DNA from: Zancudomyces culisetae HAW-14-8
Taxonomy: Eukaryota; Fungi; Kickxellomycota
Length of the DNA: 64,000 nucleotides
Assembly (NCBI GenBank): GCA_052426225.1
Contig: JBNJNM010000015.1
Span: 1,736,001-1,800,000, forward strand
Reading direction: 5' to 3'
Both the position numbers and the translations under genes were made by a program. How positions within the stretch are numbered: position 1 is the stretch's first letter; each line of letters begins with the position of its first letter. Below the pieces are notes generated by a model, which had not been told where the DNA came from, did not search any database, and worked only from the letters and a program-made list of their open reading frames with translations. Below are positions 9,674 to 23,652 of this stretch, one piece after another.

Positions 9674-12495
9674 CTGCACGCATTTTTCTCCTCTCTCGTG
9701 CTCTTTTGGAGACTAGCTTTTGATCTTGTACTTGCGTGTAAGAGAGGAAGAGGGAGGAGGATGCGTAACAAAAAGTGAATCTTGGCGTTATTGGTACAGG
9801 GATATATATATTTTTTCCTTTTTATTATTATTTTTTTTGTCAAATAGTATTTTGGCTCTGAAAAGAGAGCTCAGGAAAACTTTATAAATGTGTTTTACAC
9901 AGTTCAGATTACAAAGATTTGGATATTAGTAAACGTATGATTACAGAGAGAAAAGTGGCGAGAGAGAGAGAGGATGGAGGTGGAGTGTGTGGAGTGTGTG
10001 GATGTTATCCTTACCAATCTATTTATTGCAATTTGTTTTTTACTTATTTGTTGTATGTGTTAAATATTCTCGCTTTATTAAAAAAAGGGAAAAGAAGGAT
10101 ACATGCATGCATGGACGAGAAATAGTGCTATAGCGATCAAAACAAGCTGTAAAGAGATAACTTTTGAACGATGATGACCAACATATATCGTTTTACAGTT
10201 TAGTTAGTTCTAATCTGTAAAGCAGATTAAAAATATAACTGGGGGTGATTCAATAAAGCCCAAGTGCTATGAATTGTTTCTAACCCGGCTGGGAACTATT
10301 TTCAAAGATTGATGTTTTTTAGTATGTTTACCATGCTTGTGTATGTGTTTTAATTGCCCTTTCATTAGGTGATCAGTTAGAGAGGGTGAGAAGGTGTAGA
10401 TGGTGCTACAGCTGGGCAAGTGAATAATACAGTAGAATCAGAAGCTATGGTATTTCTTGTAGCTAAGTTATAGCAGATGTATATATTCATCTACATCAAT
10501 TAATCGATTTTTCAAGGCTTTGAAGTATAAAAGAATATATACATTTGTATGTGTATGTGTATGTGTATGTGAATGAGTTACTCGATATTAGTGGGGGGGG
10601 GGAATCACTGAGTATGGCGATCAATTCGACCTACAGGGGATTGGGCGAGAGAGTGGTGGTGGTAGTTGAAACTAACACCAATTGAAATTCAAGACGTTTC
10701 AAGAAGTAAAAAAAAAACGTTGTGAATGCAAAATGCTGGGGGAAAAAAATAGACGCCAAAGCAATGTGCGAACTTGGTATTGGAAGAACATAAGGACGAA
10801 TCCAAATTATAGCTGAACAAAGCAAGTATTAGTAAAATTGGCATTCTCAAAACTAGATGAGGTATCTTAATGATAGGTGTAGTTATGTATATATATATAT
10901 ATGTGTGTGTATATATGAGTTGAGACCTGTTGAGACCTATTGGGTAGTAAAGTCCAATACTCTGGTAAAAAAAAAGTGGTAGATGGTTTATCTTGTCATA
11001 TACCACAGGTAATCTATGATAACATGATTGATCCTAAAAGATCATATATTTATTTAGAATCTGGTTGTGGCTTAGGCTATGGTGATGATGATAGTTTTAT
11101 AATGAGGATGGAGGGTTTGGCATCCTGATGAAAAAAATAGGAGTTATGGTCACTATACACACAGATATATGTATATTTATTTGTGTGCAGGTATGGAAAA
11201 AGGGGAAGGAAGGTAAAAATGAGTGACTAAGCTGAATTTCTAGAACCGAACTTGACTGAAATATAGAAAGGGTGCAAGCTCAAATACCAATGAAGGTGTA
11301 GGGTCGAGCATATACAATGGGACGTGGTTCATTTTTGTTGTAATTGTCATTTTTTGCAAAATACATTTTTCTACTTTATATTGGGCGCAAAAAGAATGTA
11401 AAAAGCTATCTAATGAACAGAGTAAGATGAAAAAAAAATAAGAAAATAGTTCTTGGTTGTAAAAGCAAGTATACAAAAAAAAGTACAAAGCAATGGCAAT
11501 GTTGTACTATTCAAATATGTGTAAAAAAAAAACAGTAAAGGACTAAAACTTGAATGTCTTGTAGTGGTGTAATCATCCAGGTTTGCACTTGGTTTTTATT
11601 AGCTAAAATTTTTTTTATTAATAGAGCAAAATACATTAGGGAAAAAAAATTAAACACAAAGGCAAATGTCGGAAATTTAAAAAAGAAAGTCATAAATATC
11701 AACACGTAGCCAAAATTTAGGCGTGATATTGAAATTTACGGTTTATAATTTGGAAGGGTTTAGGTATTAACAAAAGAGGATTGTTTATAAAATTTAATTG
11801 TTTTTCTGATTGCAGTTAGCCATTTATTTATTTACACTTTTTTTTCTTTCATTTACAAACAATTAATTTGTGAATTAAAGGGACAAAATTAGCACCAAGT
11901 TATATCTCTAATAATATTAATTTCTATATTATATATATTTTTTAAAAACAAAAACAAAATAACAAAAACAAAATAACAAAAACAAAATAAGTGTGCCAAA
12001 GAATAAAGGTAAAAGCAGCTAAACAAATTTAATAAAAAAAAGAAACAAGATTGAGAGAGAAAACGTTTACATTCTTGTGAGTGATTCAAAAGTGAAGAAT
12101 CAAAAGCAAAAACAAATTCAACTTGTTCTTTATTTTATTTTTTTTAATATCTTGTAGTTTAGGGAAAGTAAATTGTAGTCGAAAAAGCAAACTAGGCATT
12201 AAAAGAGCGATTGAAGACGAAGCAAACAGATAAAAAAGTAGTTTTTTTTCCCCACTAGAATACGGTAAGTAGTGTTTGTGGAACAGGGAGAGGAGAGTGG
12301 AGTTTTTTTAAAAAAAGAGTATTTGGTTAAGGATGAGCAAGTTTAACTAGATTGGCTTAATATGATGAGATTATAGCAACCATTTCTAAAACAAGAGAGG
12401 TGTATAATAAATAGAGAGAATAGAAAAGGAAATTCTGTGCAATTTGACTTTAAAGGAGCAAAGGAAAAGAAAGAGAAAAAGTAGGGATAGATAGG

Positions 12496-15214
12496 ATGTC
12501 ATATGCGTATATAGAGAGAACATCGACGCCCTGCTGGGGTCCGGTGACAGATAGGATACTGATGGCGGGAGGAACAGTGGCAGGAGCAATGGATGCAACG
12601 TTTAGTAGTGCATCAACACTGGAGATATTTGAGCTAGCTGGACAGGAGGTGCAGGTGAAGGGAAAGGTATTAGCAGGAGGAAGATTTCATCGGATAGCGT
12701 GGTCAGATATTTTGCAAGATAGGAAGATGGGATTGATAGCAGGAGGAATGGAGAATGGAGAATTGAGCTTTTGGGATCCAGAGCAGATTATAAGTGGGAA
12801 CTTTGGAGAAAAGTAAGTAGAGGGGGGGTGGTGGGGGTACATATGATGATATGTGGTGAAAAAGAGAAAGAGTTAGGGGGGGGGGAGAGAGAGAGAGATA
12901 GCGATTGAGAAGGATATTAAAAATGGAGTAAATAATAAATATAGTGAGACAATATATACTGCAAAGACGCATACAGGAGGGGTGAGTGGATTGCAGTTCA
13001 ATCCAATTCAGCAAAACTACTTGGCATCAGGAGCGGGTAATGGGGAAATATTTATTTGGGATGTAGCAAATGGATTCAAATCATATATGCCAGGAACACG
13101 ATCAGCAAAGATAGAGGAGGTTACGGATCTGAACTGGAACAACCGGGTACAACAGATTCTTGCAACAGCGAGCAACACAGGGGCAACAGTGGTGTGGGAT
13201 TTGAGAAGCCGGAGAGAGGTGATAACGTTGTCACAGGCAGGAGGAGCAGGAGGAATGGGGATGGGAGGAGGAATGAGGTCAGGGGTATCATCGGTTAAAT
13301 GGCATCCATCGAGTGCAACACAGGTGGTTACGAGTTTGAACGATGACAACAATCCGGTGATTCAGTTGTGGGATCTACGTAATGCAAATGCGCCATCACA
13401 AACGCTTGTTGGGCATAGTCGAGGAGTGTTGTCGATGTCATGGTGTTTGAAGGACGAAGGGTTGTTGCTGTCGAGTGGAAAGGATAACCGAACTATTTGT
13501 TGGGATGTGAATAGTGGAAAGATAGTGAGTGAGCTGGATCAAAGCAACAACTGGGTATTTGATGTGCAATGGAACCAAAAGAATCCAAACTATTTGAGTA
13601 TAGCGTCGTTTGAAGGCAAAGTAGAGGTGTATCCAATTAGGTCAGAGGGACAAGCAAAGAGGTTGGAAGATGAGGGAGTTCAGGAGCAGGAGAACGAACA
13701 AGACCCATTTGCCGCTATTCAGCGGTTGTCGACCAAGGCATTGACGCTTAAAAAGGCACCAAGATGGTATGGGAGACCAGTGGGATGTAGCTTTGGATTT
13801 GGCGGAAAGCTGTGGACATTTAATAATAATGGAGGAGGGAGACAAGTGCAAGGAGTACAAGTGGTTACAGAGCAAAAGATAGCGGAGGAGGCAATGCGAA
13901 TTGATGACAACTTGGATAGTGGTAAGGCGGAAGAGATATGTAAAGAGCGGGTAGGAGGAGCAGTAGACGGAGAAGAGAAGAAAGAGTGGAAGACATTAGC
14001 GATGTTGTTACAGCCAAATGCCAGGGAAAAGCTGATAGAGATGTTGGGATTTGACAAGGAAGGATTGCACCAGCGGGTTCAGCAAAAGCTGGCTAGTGGT
14101 AAGGGTAAGAGCAATAAGAGTGGTGAAAGCGTGGAGCAGGCAGTGCCAAAGACAGAAGCAGAGGCAGAGGAGTCACTGTTTGGAGATGAAGGAGGGGAAG
14201 AGGGAGAGTCGTTTTTGCAGACGATAGCGGATGAGAATATAGGAGAGAGTGTGGTTAAGGAGGAGGAGAAAGTATTGCATAGATTTGCAGGACCACTGGT
14301 GTTGCGGGAAAAGGGAGACAGCGTAGACAACATGATTATGCAGTCATTGGTTTTAGGCAATATTGAAGATGCAGTGGAGTTGTGTATTGCAGAAAAGCGA
14401 TTTGCAGATGCGTTGGTTCTTGCGGCATGTGGAGGACCAGAACTAGCACAGAAAGCACAGCAGGCATATTTTGCATCACGAGGAGAAGCAGCAGGGTATG
14501 TACGAGTGTTGTATAATGTGTTTAACAGCGACTTGAACGATGCGGTTCAGAATAGTGCATTGGATGAGTGGGAGGAAGTATTGGCATTGTTGTGTACATA
14601 TGCAGTGGATGGACAGTTTGCACAGCACTGTGGACAGTTGGGGATGCGGTTGGAGACGGCATTTGCACAGAGCAATGACAAGAGCTTGTTGCAAGGAGCG
14701 TTGTTGTGTTATTTGATTAGTGGAAATCTTAACAAGATCTCGGTGATTTGGATTAAGCGACACATGAGCCACGAACACTCACAGCTGTCTAGCGAATTGT
14801 CAATGCTGAAATCTAATGAAACACTACACAGATTTATTGAGAAAATCAATGTGTTGATCTCAGCAGTTGGGTATGAAGACGAATATTTGTTGGGTAACGA
14901 TACATCAGCAGGGTTTACACCTCAGCAATTCCATCTTGGGCCATTGTATGACTGCTATGTCAAATATGCAGAGTTTTTGTGTTCTCAAGGATTGTTTGGG
15001 TTGGCACTTAAATACCTATGCCGTGTTCCAAATACCTATAAATGTCTTGATTTCTTTGGAACTGATCGGTTTGCACTTTTGAAGTCCAGATTATATAACA
15101 GTGGTACAGTTGATTGGGCCAATTTGCCAATACCCGAAACTGCTTTTGATCATGTTGAATTGACTAGTGATTATTCTCCACCAGTTCAACAACAGCAACA
15201 ACTACCAACATACC

Positions 15215-15245
<31 letters not shown>

Positions 15246-16551
15246 GCTAAAATCTCATCAGCCTTCATACCATATTCAACCTAATCAATATAATCCAAAC
15301 CAAAGACTCTATAATCCTCAACAACAACAACAACAACAACAACTACCACCTCAACGAATCCAACAACAAATTCAACCACCACCTCAACAATTCCAACAAC
15401 AACAACAACACAAACACCAATTCCAACAACAAATACCTCCTCCTCCTTCTCCATTCCAACCTCCTCAACAACAATTACCTCCTCAACAACAACAACAACA
15501 TCAATTCCCTCTTCCTCACTCAATTCCTCCTCCTCCTCAACCAGTCAATCCAAAATCAATCCCCACAGGTATGACACCTCCTCCTTCAGCTGCTGCTCGC
15601 AGTGCCTGGAATGATCCCCCTCCTGTCACCAAACCTACTCGCCGTCCTCCTCACTCTGCTGCCCCCAAACCTCCTGTCATCTCTTCTCCTTTTCCTCAAG
15701 GTAACGCTACTCCTCCTCCTCCTGCTTCTGTTCCTCCTCAAGCTTCATTCCCTCCTGTTTCTGCTCCTCCTCCTCCAAAGGCTGTTCCACACCACCAACA
15801 AACTCGCTCTCCTGTTTCAAGAGTTGCCCCTCCCCCTCCCCCTCAGAACCCCTCTCTTCTTGACCAATACAACCCCAACTCTTTCCAGCAACAACAACAA
15901 CAACAACATTTTACCCAACCCCCTACATCTATTCCCCCAACAGTTCCCCACGCCTTTCCAGCCACTCCCCAGTCTCACCTCCAGCCTCACCTTCAACCTC
16001 AACACCAACTCCAGCCTCAATCTCAGTCTCAACTCCCTCCTACTACTCGTGGTCAAGTATTAACTCAAACTCCTGTCCATCGTACTCGAAGTAACATTTC
16101 TGCCACTGCCACCGCTACCACCGCTACCACTGCTGCTGCTGCTGCTGTTCCTGCTGCTGTACCTTCTTCCAAGCCAACCTCTTCTTCCAAATACCCTCCT
16201 GGTGACCGTTCCCATATTCCTGCCCAATGGCAAAGTATTTATTCCTCTCTAAACTCTCTTCTTGAAAAAATGGCCAAGTTTGCCAGTCCAACTCAAAAGC
16301 GTATGGTAGATGATACCGTTAAGCGTACAAACCTGTTGTTTGACCTCATTAACAACGACTCTCTTGCAAAAGCTTCCACAAACGACAATTTGTTATCTCT
16401 ATTCACTCAGTTATGCAATGATCTTAATGCCAAAAACTATCACAATGCCACCACAGTTGTTACTGACATTATGAGTTGTGAAACCTACTTGACTCCCAAC
16501 ATGTTGGGTATCAAGCGGATGATTGACATTTTAAAGACTCTTCATATTTAA
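12496..16551 (+). CDS. SEC31: COPII outer coat protein Sec31 (exons 12496-12812, 12945-16551)
   Basis: AGGTVAGAMDATFSS start, WD40 repeats (LWDLRNANAP, LLSSGKDNR), APRWYGRPVGCSFGFGGKL, ACE1 helical region, Pro/Gln-rich linker, C-terminal GDRSHIP domain. Phase-2 intron 12813-12944; probable 5' UTR intron 12265-12494. Confidence 0.97.
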
Positions 16552-16672
16552 TTGCTTTTATTATTACTATTATTATTACCATTTTCTTTTTTTTCTTTCT
16601 TATTTTGTCCAATTGATTGATTCTTCAAATCCTTTTTTTTTCCTCGTTATTTTTATTTTTTTTTGCAATTGC

Positions 16673-16685
16673 TGAAAATTTTTTT
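16673..16685 (+). promoter_or_regulatory. RRPE-like element upstream of TRM11
   Basis: TGAAAATTTTTTT about 140 nt before ATG 16820. Confidence 0.3.
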
Positions 16686-16819
16686 ATTTCAGTTAACATC
16701 TACTAATATATTTATTCTAATCAAACCTAAATAACAGACAAGAAAAAGAAGACTAGGGGGAGGCAGTAAACGATACTTACAAGAACAAAAAAAAAAGAAA
16801 AAAAAGAAAAACAATAATA

Positions 16820-19193
16820 ATGACTGCACAAAAGTATCTTATTATATATTCTCAAAACCATCCCAATTTTCGACTTGGCGAACTCGAGTCAATAATCAAA
16901 CTCGAAAAACTAGATTCGGTAGTTGTAGACTATGAATCGTATACTTCTCAGGTAAGAAAAAATAAACACATTATTCTTATTTAACAATTTTCCAAAATTA
17001 AACTAATAAACAAATTAACAAATATAAAAAAAAAACTGGGAGTTAATATTTCTAGATTATTCAAATGTATTGTATTGTATTGATAGAAACCTATACTAGC
17101 TTTTACTTGTGATGATGAAACTCAGGTTTACAAATTAATGGCTCGATCAATTTTGATCAAGTAAGTGCATCGTTTCTAACATATTTACAATTTTCAAAAG
17201 TTTAATTTGGAAATGTTCAACCTAATTAACGCATTTTTCTCTGTTTGTCATTTACTTTTCATGTAGAAAGATAGTTCAAGTATGGATACAAGAAGGATCA
17301 TTTGATGTACTTGAAAAGGCTTACAAGGTAATACTAATACCGGATGTTATTTAGAAAAATGGTCTTTAATACGTCAAATGAAATAAAAATAAAAAAATAA
17401 AAAATAAAAACTGATTGAGAACTCTTTCATAATAATTTCAATAGGCAAAAAAATCCGATATTGTCAACATTAATGTCAAACAGATATACGACATGTATAC
17501 AAGTTCCCACCAACAAATCAAGTTCAAAATCAATGTAGAAGCAATTTGTAAACGGTTAACTATGGCGGAGCAAATATCATATATAGAACAACTCGAGTTT
17601 TTGGATTTTCTAAACGAACCCAGTTCTGAATCAAACGATCAAGAGCAAGATGCGGGGGCTCCTAAACATACTTTTGCCTTTAATCTTAAACGACCAGATG
17701 TCGAGTTTTTGTTGTTGGTTGATTATGGGTTGTTTAATTTCAAGTGTAATCACAAGTATAAAATTAAACGAGCTCAACGATTACTCAAACAACAGCAAGA
17801 GGGAGTAGAAGGAGTAGAAGTAGAAAGGGATAATAATAATAATAATAATAATAATGTCATGGATAATGTAAATAAAACTATCCAAAACATCTCTTTAAGT
17901 GATGCATCTTCAACTCTTACAACAGATACATCTAGTAGTGGTACTGGTACTGGTGGTAATAAAGGTGACAGCAAATCCGAGTTGGTACCACAACAATTCT
18001 ATTTTGGTCGGTTAGTTGCATTACCCTCATCCATAACCGAATCAACAAAAAACGAGAACGAGAACGAGAACGAGAACGATAATAAAAATCCCAGTATTGC
18101 TACTGGTGCTGGTGCTGGTGCTGGTGGAATGACACTTGCTCGCAAACTGATTAGTAAGTTTGATGTCAAACAACGGCCTTATATTGGCACCACATCCATG
18201 GATTCGGAAATGTCTCTTATTATGGCCAACTATGCACTTGCAGCACCTGGAAAGTTGATTTACGATCCATTTGTGGGTACTGGCAGTATGTTGTTCACGT
18301 GTTCGTACTTTGGCGCGTATACAATGGGGAGTGATATTGATGGTCGACAGATTAAAGGTGGGTCGGCCTCCACATTTGTCAACACCAAAGCGAAAAGGAC
18401 AAACAAAAACTACAAGGGTGGCGAAAGTACAGGGTTGCAATTAAATATAGAAACATACAACTTGTCTTCTCTGGTACTGGGAAGCTTTGTGGCCGATGTG
18501 ACACAGTTGACGTTTCAGTGTCATAATAACACTGCAGCAGACTCTGTGCACAAGAGTAATGAGGGATGGTTTGATGCGATAGTTACCGATCCACCTTATG
18601 GAGTCCGCGCTGGAGCCAAGAAAATCGGCATGTCACAATCTGAGCAGGATCTACAACCCCAGCCAGAATCCTCACGCTCGGCAGACGGCTATTTGGTGCG
18701 CTACCCAACCACCATTCCTTACGAAATGTCGCGTGTTATTGACGATCTAGTCTCGTTTGCTGCTCGGTACCTTGTGCTTGGTGGCCGTCTGGTATTTTGG
18801 CTCCCAACAATGACCGACTATTATGCTGACGACGATATTCCTACCCATCCATGTATGAAGCTTTTGCATAATGCTGAGCAGTCGTTTGGTGCATGGGCGC
18901 GCAGACTCATCACTATGGAAAAAATTGCTTGTTATTGTTGTCATTCGCAGCATGTTGGCAGTAATAATGCTGAAGATGTGGTAGTACCAGTAGACAAAAA
19001 ACAAACTCTAACCCAAGACCAAGACCAAAATCAATACCAAAATCTAGATAAAGATCAAGGTGGTGATGATGATTTCATAAATGGTAGAGTCCAGAATGAA
19101 AAACAATCTTCTGCTGCTGCTGCTGCTGCCGCTGCTGCTGCTTTGTTGGGCCATTCTAACTTTCGTCACAACTATTTCAACAAACCTTCATAA
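16820..19193 (+). CDS. TRM11: tRNA (guanine10-N2) methyltransferase catalytic subunit (exons 16820-16951, 17087-17160, 17267-17327, 17445-19193)
   Basis: YLIIYSQNHPNFRLGELESI N-terminus, RPYIGTTSMD, YDPFVGTGS, GSDIDGR, IVTDPPYGVRAG, GGRLVFWLP, RRLITM; splice phases consistent. Confidence 0.93.
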
Positions 19194-19507
19194 ACATAAA
19201 ACCCACCATACACTATTTAGTTTTTAGTTTTATTTTCATCTTTTTATTTTTCTTTTAATAGTATATGATTATTCTATAGATTTGTTTATACTTTTTTTAT
19301 TTATTTTAAAGATAATCAATACACATTATTCATTCCTCTATCTTCTATCTCTATCCCTACTCTGCCACTATCCCACACTTCGACACACTATTATTATTAT
19401 TTTTTAAAGGAAACAAGATCAAATTGTGCAAAATTATACTATTCTACAAGTCTAAAGTTTTCTTGTTTGTTTGTTTTTTCGTTTATAGTATTTAAAGAGT
19501 TGGATTT

Positions 19508-20274
19508 TTATTGTTTCAAAATCTCGAAATCCGGTAGTAGCTTGCACACAACCCGTCCCCGCAACAATGCAATTGGTACAGGTCCGAATGTTCGTGAATC
19601 GCTAGAATTCGAGTAGTTGTCTCCTTGTAACCATACATGTCCTTTAGGTATTTTGGTATATCGCGGGGTTTTTTCGAATGGATCCACACAAATCACGTCT
19701 CCTTCCTATACATTTGTTTATTTTTATACTCCTTTATAGCATATATTTTTACTATATTAAATTTTGAATCAGTTAGAAGAAAAAAAAAAAAGAAATTGTG
19801 AAAATTCTATATAAATATCATTACTTGCCTTTGCAACTACTCGTTTTAAAATGTACCGTCCTGGATCTATAGGTGAAACACTAGCCACCACATTACCAAT
19901 CTCGACCTTCCCCATACCTAACGATTTCAGCCGCTCGATTAGGACCAATGTCATCTGTGGATCAAATGTGGGCGACATTGAATACCCGTGACACTAACAA
20001 ATGGGGGGAGGGGGGGGAAATATTTTTTCAAATCTTGTTACTTTTTAGTACAAATTTAAAACAATGTAATAGAAACTACAAGAAAGAAAAAAAAATAAGG
20101 GGGAAACGATGGTGTAAAAGGTGGGAGAAGATTGTCGATTTGATTTTATATTTTTATAAACGTATTTACCATTGATACACTACCGAGCCATTCGGTTACT
20201 AGGTGGCCGAAACAAGCTATTTGTACTCCGAGAACTGCCTTTCTGCCTATACCGTTGAATGCTGACGTAAACAT
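19508..20274 (-). CDS. IMP1: Mitochondrial inner membrane peptidase subunit 1 (exons 20274-20170, 19993-19829, 19705-19508)
   Basis: GYSMSPT (Ser), LKRVVAKEGD (Lys), IPKGHVWLQGDN..NSSDSRTFGPVP; the second intron has a GC donor. Confidence 0.9.
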
Positions 20275-21255
20275 TGGATCTATATGTCTTTGTCTTTTTT
20301 CTATAAATGTTATTGTTTTTACAATCTTTTCGTACTCAGGCAAGCACTTTTTTATCTAATTTAATTTATCAGCTTTATTAGCATGGATTTATGTTTATAA
20401 TTTTCCTTTCTCCTCACAAATAAAATGATTTGGCTTTATTTTTTTTATTTTTAACATTTATCTGGATATGATTTTATAACTTATTTGATTTTGAATAATT
20501 CCTTGTAACCAAGTCCCGATTATACTTTCCATCTTTTTAAAAGACTGGACCAGTAAACTTTACCAATTATTTATATCATATTGAGAAAATATTTCAAGTC
20601 TTGCTTTAAGGGTTTTGAGCCACCAATGTAATGTCCCAAACTCTGGTGATAGATATATCTTGAGCAGTTAGTTGCTAATTAATTATATACATGTATTCGT
20701 TCAAGTAAAAAAATAAAAAGATTTGGGGTATACTTGTAATGAGTGGGAGTATCAAAGTGTTAATTGATTACCCAGTAGCACACGCCTACTGTAAAATAAA
20801 AATGTATTTAATATATATATTGCTCAATGCATTCAAAGTACAATAAACCATTTTTCTGCTCCTTATATGCTAATAGCTAGCTTTTTTTATAAATAAAAAT
20901 ATAAACACGTGTTTACCACAATAATTATCATGTGATTTTTATTGTTTTTATCTTTTTTAGCCGAAATTGAGCAAATGGGATTGAAAGGCGGTAAAAAAAT
21001 AAAACAAATCATATTTCACAAATTTCTATTCGCTAATGTGGTAGATTTTTTTTTTGTTTCTTGGACATGTTTAAATACCACATCATTTAAACTTGGAATG
21101 TCTTTGAGTTTGTAATTTATCACAATACTGTGCAATCTCAGGATTTTAAACAATAAATCCATATATCCGAATATAGATTAACATTGCTTATCTTGGGTTG
21201 AGGCCAGTATACCAACAAGTAAATTAAGAATAAAATAAAATAAAACTACAAGATA

Positions 21256-22618
21256 ATGTCGTCGGGAATGCATTCAATCTACGTTCTCACAGGTGCCAGC
21301 GGCGGATTTGGCACAGCACTTGCAACTGCGATAAGCAGAATACAAGATGACACCACCAAACACGTCATTTTGTGCGGTCGACAATCCAAAAACCTTGAAT
21401 CCCTAGCGTTTAAAATTTCAAATCCGCAAGTCGATACCTATCTGATGGGCAACGTCGATTTTTCTACTGGCTACTCGTATGAAATCAACAACCGAATAAT
21501 CGAGATTTGCGATCATGTCTACAATCAAATAGAGTCGCCGTGTATCGAGCGGTTTGTATTTTTACATAATGCTGGTTCAGTTGGTGACTTGAGTAAAAAA
21601 ATATCCGAGTATGATGAACGCACCGATATTCCCGAATATTTTAATGTCAACTTGATCTCATTTGCCATATTAAGGTAATACACACTTCTTTTTTTAAAAT
21701 ATAAATTAATTTCATTTTGAATATACATTTTGTTATTTAAAAGTATGAAAGAAAAATTTATAATCAAAAAACCGAAAATGAAAAAAAAAAAAACTAAAAA
21801 TAATGTGTTGTGTTGTATTGTATTGTATTGCAAATAGTTCCACTCTCCTGAAGTGGGCCAAATCCAAAGGTAATTGCTATACTAAAAACATTTTTGTTGT
21901 TCAAATTTCATCACTGCTAGCTGTCAAAGCGTTTCCTAACTGGGGGTTGTATGCTGCAGCAAAGGCTGCAAGAGATCAGTTTCTGGCTGTAATGGCAGAG
22001 GAAGAATTAGATCCCGAGGATAAGGTTCAAGAACAGAAACACGAACCTGTGGGCGAGAAAATTCCTGGCCAAGAACAGGCGCATGAAACTATCATTTCTG
22101 AACCCAATACTGAAAGGCACATTGGAGGCGGTATTATTGATTTTATCACATCTAGTGTTGCCAGATTTGGTGAACATCCTCAACAGGAGCAGAAACACAA
22201 GTCCGAAAATGCCACCGAAACACCTGTTCAAACTCCAGATCTCGAAGGACAATTGCACCCAGAAACGGAAAATTCAAGCAACGAAAACAACAGCCAGGCT
22301 GGCGATACCATTAATGTCCAAGAAAAATCAACACCACCGTCCCCATCACCACCCCCATCCCCATCCTCATCACCCCCCTCTACAGTAAAAAAGACTTCAA
22401 TGATCAAGTGCCTGAGCTATGCTCCAGGCCCGCTCAACAACTCGATGCAAAAGACAGTTCGCGAGACTATCGGTGATGATACGCAGCGCCAGTTGTACTC
22501 GCAGATGGCTACCGACGAGAAGTTGGTGGACATGGAGGATTCAGCACGGAAACTGATGGAAATTCTGGCTAAAAACGAGTTTGACTCGGGTTCACACATC
22601 GACTATTATGATTGTTAA
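21256..22618 (+). CDS. Short-chain dehydrogenase/reductase, sepiapterin-reductase/IRC24-like (exons 21256-21674, 21838-22618)
   Basis: LTGASGGFG, HNAGSVG, ISSLLA, WGLYAAAKAARD (YxxxK), SYAPGPLNNSMQ, FDSGSHIDYYD. Confidence 0.88.
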
Positions 22619-22912
22619 TAACAAGCCGCTAGTTGTGCTATTCGTCGAGTGTTTTTCTAGCACGCAAAGCGGTTTAGTTGTATTATGGGGAGAGAGGTTT
22701 CTATGACAGTTTTTTCTAATATTTTATCTTCTTATTTATATAGCTAATTTATTTATAGAATTATTAATAGCTTGCAAGTTTAGATTGATAGTAAAAAAGG
22801 CTTTTGCTTTAACAGTATTAAATGATGATGAAGATATGGCTTAATATTAAAAAAGTATGTTGTACAATGTAGCATAAAAAGTTTTCTCTCCCCAAAAGGA
22901 AGAAAAATCACG

Positions 22913-23652
22913 TTAACCAATGTACTTTGAATCTAAATATATCCCTTCCATTTCTTTAACCAGCTTGTCTACATCGTCTGAAAAATCGTATATTGCCTGT
23001 TGACTTTTATCGATTCTTATATCTACACTTTCCATGTACTTGTCAGACGCAGTATCCATATGCTGACTGTCATTTACCAGATATGCCTTTTGAAGATTTG
23101 CAACTATTTCTAGTAGATTTTCGGCACTTTTCACCTATTACAGAATAAATATATACATATATATCTTTGATACGATCAACTAGTTTTGAAAATAAAAACC
23201 CGTATATAGTAATATTCTGAATGTAGGAATAACTAAAGTTGTTTTATAACTAGTAGCATGATAAAACACGCATAAAAACGTGATATACGAGGATGAGGTC
23301 GGCGATATACTTACCAGCGACGCTGTACGCGATTGCATCTGGTATGCTTCTCCATATACTGCAAATTTTTCCTTTTCTTGTATCTACAAAGTTACCATTT
23401 TCCATTTTAATACCATTCCAGAAAAAACAAGAGACTAAACAAAATAGATAAATAAACAAAATAATATAAAAAACAAGAGTATAAACTTACTTTGCTCAGT
23501 TTGATTATTGATTTTAGAGAATTGAGCATATTTTCAATATCTGCACAAACTCGAGTCGCAAATTGTTTTTCATCTTCATTTTCATCTACATTTCTGTTAG
23601 CATAGGTTAAGGCATCTTCTTCCTTGATTGTCTCTTGTTCTCTAGCAAACAT
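22913..23652 (-). CDS. MED22: Mediator subunit 22 (Srb6) (exons 23652-23491, 23383-23315, 23134-22913)
   Basis: RVCADIENMLNSLKSIIKLSK / EAYQMQSRTASL / VKSAENLLEIVANLQKAYLVND fits the Med22 pattern; phase-0 introns with GTAAGT donors. Confidence 0.8.

Noticed and set aside
10000-12300. Long intergenic region with intron-like signals, short ORFs and a C/D-box-like pair at about 11084-11128
   Set aside because: No coherent gene model; box spacing too short for a snoRNA
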